A DNA stretch of 64,000 nt, taken from contig JBEPZV010000003.1 in NCBI GenBank assembly GCA_041640655.1, forward strand, positions 32,001 through 96,000. The letters are read 5' to 3'. Position 1 is the first letter of the stretch. Each line of letters opens with the position of its first letter. Source of the stretch: a bacterium (GTDB taxonomy: Bacteria; Acidobacteriota; Blastocatellia; HR10). Under the pieces are notes generated by a model that had not been told where the DNA came from, did not search any database, and was given only the letters and a program-made list of their open reading frames with translations. The translations under genes were made by a program, and so were the position numbers. This document shows positions 62,851-64,000 of the stretch, piece after piece.

Positions 62851-63969
62851 CTATTGCAGAGCGAGGTCGGCGATGCGCCGCGCCAGTTCGATGAGGCGCG
62901 CGCCTTCGAGATTCGACAGCAGCACGACGGCCAGTCGCTCGTCCGGCCGCATGTAGAGCAACGTGCTCACCCGCGGTTGTCCGCCCGTGTGGAAGACCTC
63001 GCGCTGGCCGCGATATTCGGCCAGGCTCCAGCCCAAGCCGTAGGACGTCTCCTGTCCATCGCGCGTCTTCTGGCGCGTCCACATCTGCGCGAGCGTCTCC
63101 CGGCGAAGGAGCATCCCACGCTGCAGCGCGATGGCGAAGCGCGCCAGATCGAGCACCGTCGCGCAGAGGCCGCCGCCGGGGATCTTGTTGCTCGTGTCCG
63201 CCAGTGGGGAGTTCTGCAGCGCTCCGTTCGGCGTCCGCCGATACCCCTGCGCTCGATGAGGGATGATGGCGAAGACGTCATCGTCGCGCGCGCTCTCCAT
63301 TCCGGCCGGCGTGAAGATGTTCTCCCGCACGTACTCCAGGTAGCTCACCCCCGCGGCGCCCTCGATCACGCAGCCGAGCACATTGTAGCCGTAGGTCGTG
63401 TAGGTGAAGCGCGCTCCCGGTTCGTGCTCCAGCGGATCGTCTTTGAAGATCTCCAGCGTGTCCACGATGCGCGTGTAGTGGCGCGTGCTCGTGATCTCCT
63501 CAGGCCGCTTGTAGTGGCGAATCCCGCTCGTGTGCGCCAGCAGATGGCGCGCGGTGATCGGCCAGGGCTTTTCGGGGAAGGCCGGACAGTAGCGCTGGAT
63601 GGGCGCATCCAGATCGAGCTTCCCGCGCTCGACCAATTGCATCGCCGCGACGGCTGTGATCGTCTTCGAGATGGAGGCCAGGCGATATACGGTTCGCTCC
63701 GTCGCCGGCACCGAATTCTCCAGGTCGGCATAGCCGAATCCCTTCGCCCATTGCAGCCGATGTTCGGTCACGAGCGCGACCGAGAGGCCCGGGATCTTCT
63801 GCCGCTCCATCTCCGCGCGAATCGCCCGCTCGATCTCAGCCAGGCGCGCCGATGAGCGTTGCTCCCCGTCCGAGGCCCGCCCCTTTGGAGAGATCGGCGG
63901 TCGCTGCCCCACAAGCAGCGCTCCGGCGAGAAGCGCCAGAAGCCACTTCCTGGAAAGGACGTGTTTCAT
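62851..63969 (-). CDS. Exported serine hydrolase, beta-lactamase class C/PBP-like family
   Basis: GGAGGTGA RBS, signal peptide, SxxK (SISK), LLAHTSG, YTT, HTGG. Confidence 0.9.
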   Translation of the reverse strand: MKHVLSRKWLLALLAGALLVGQRPPISPKGRASDGEQRSSARLAEIERAIRAEMERQKIPGLSVALVTEHRLQWAKGFGYADLENSVPATERTVYRLASISKTITAVAAMQLVERGKLDLDAPIQRYCPAFPEKPWPITARHLLAHTSGIRHYKRPEEITSTRHYTRIVDTLEIFKDDPLEHEPGARFTYTTYGYNVLGCVIEGAAGVSYLEYVRENIFTPAGMESARDDDVFAIIPHRAQGYRRTPNGALQNSPLADTSNKIPGGGLCATVLDLARFAIALQRGMLLRRETLAQMWTRQKTRDGQETSYGLGWSLAEYRGQREVFHTGGQPRVSTLLYMRPDERLAVVLLSNLEGARLIELARRIADLALQ

Positions 63970-64000
63970 GTCATCACCTCCGGCGGATGGGTCTCCGAGG

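Overview
A 64-kb GC-rich chromosomal window around the replication origin of a diderm bacterium. 16S features, an RNNS/KHHTT-type DnaA and several carboxypeptidase-regulatory and VPS10-like secreted proteins suggest a thermophilic Acidobacteriota; this is inference, not a database result. Left to right it contains: an MNT-HEPN (mntA-hepT) toxin-antitoxin pair and lon, each preceded by a copy of the same ~110-bp promoter plus leader hairpin; an S8 protease; uvrA; a CzcCBA-type efflux pump; a TPR gene; a complete minus-strand rRNA operon (16S, tRNA-Ile, tRNA-Ala, an enlarged ~3.07-kb 23S, 5S) directly downstream of def-fmt-rsmB; rpmH-rnpA-yidD-yidC-mnmE-mnmG-rsmG-(parS)-parA-parB-bactofilin-small ORF-dnaA-oriC-dnaN, all on the + strand; an ABC pair; an S9 peptidase; DnaQ-like/receiver/AraC genes; a YCF48-like propeller; nrnA-archease; secreted repeat proteins; and a minus-strand run of serine hydrolase, nitrilase, bshC, JAB, cdaA, cdaR, glmM, glpK and glpD. 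I found no transposase, integrase, prophage or CRISPR array. The most interesting signals are the duplicated lon/TA promoter-leader with a structure-preserving hairpin, DnaA domain IV substitutions matching a shifted DnaA box (TTCCACA core), the bshC-JAB pairing at the head of the c-di-AMP operon, and the 23S expansion segments. All calls are by eye from motifs; no searches were run.
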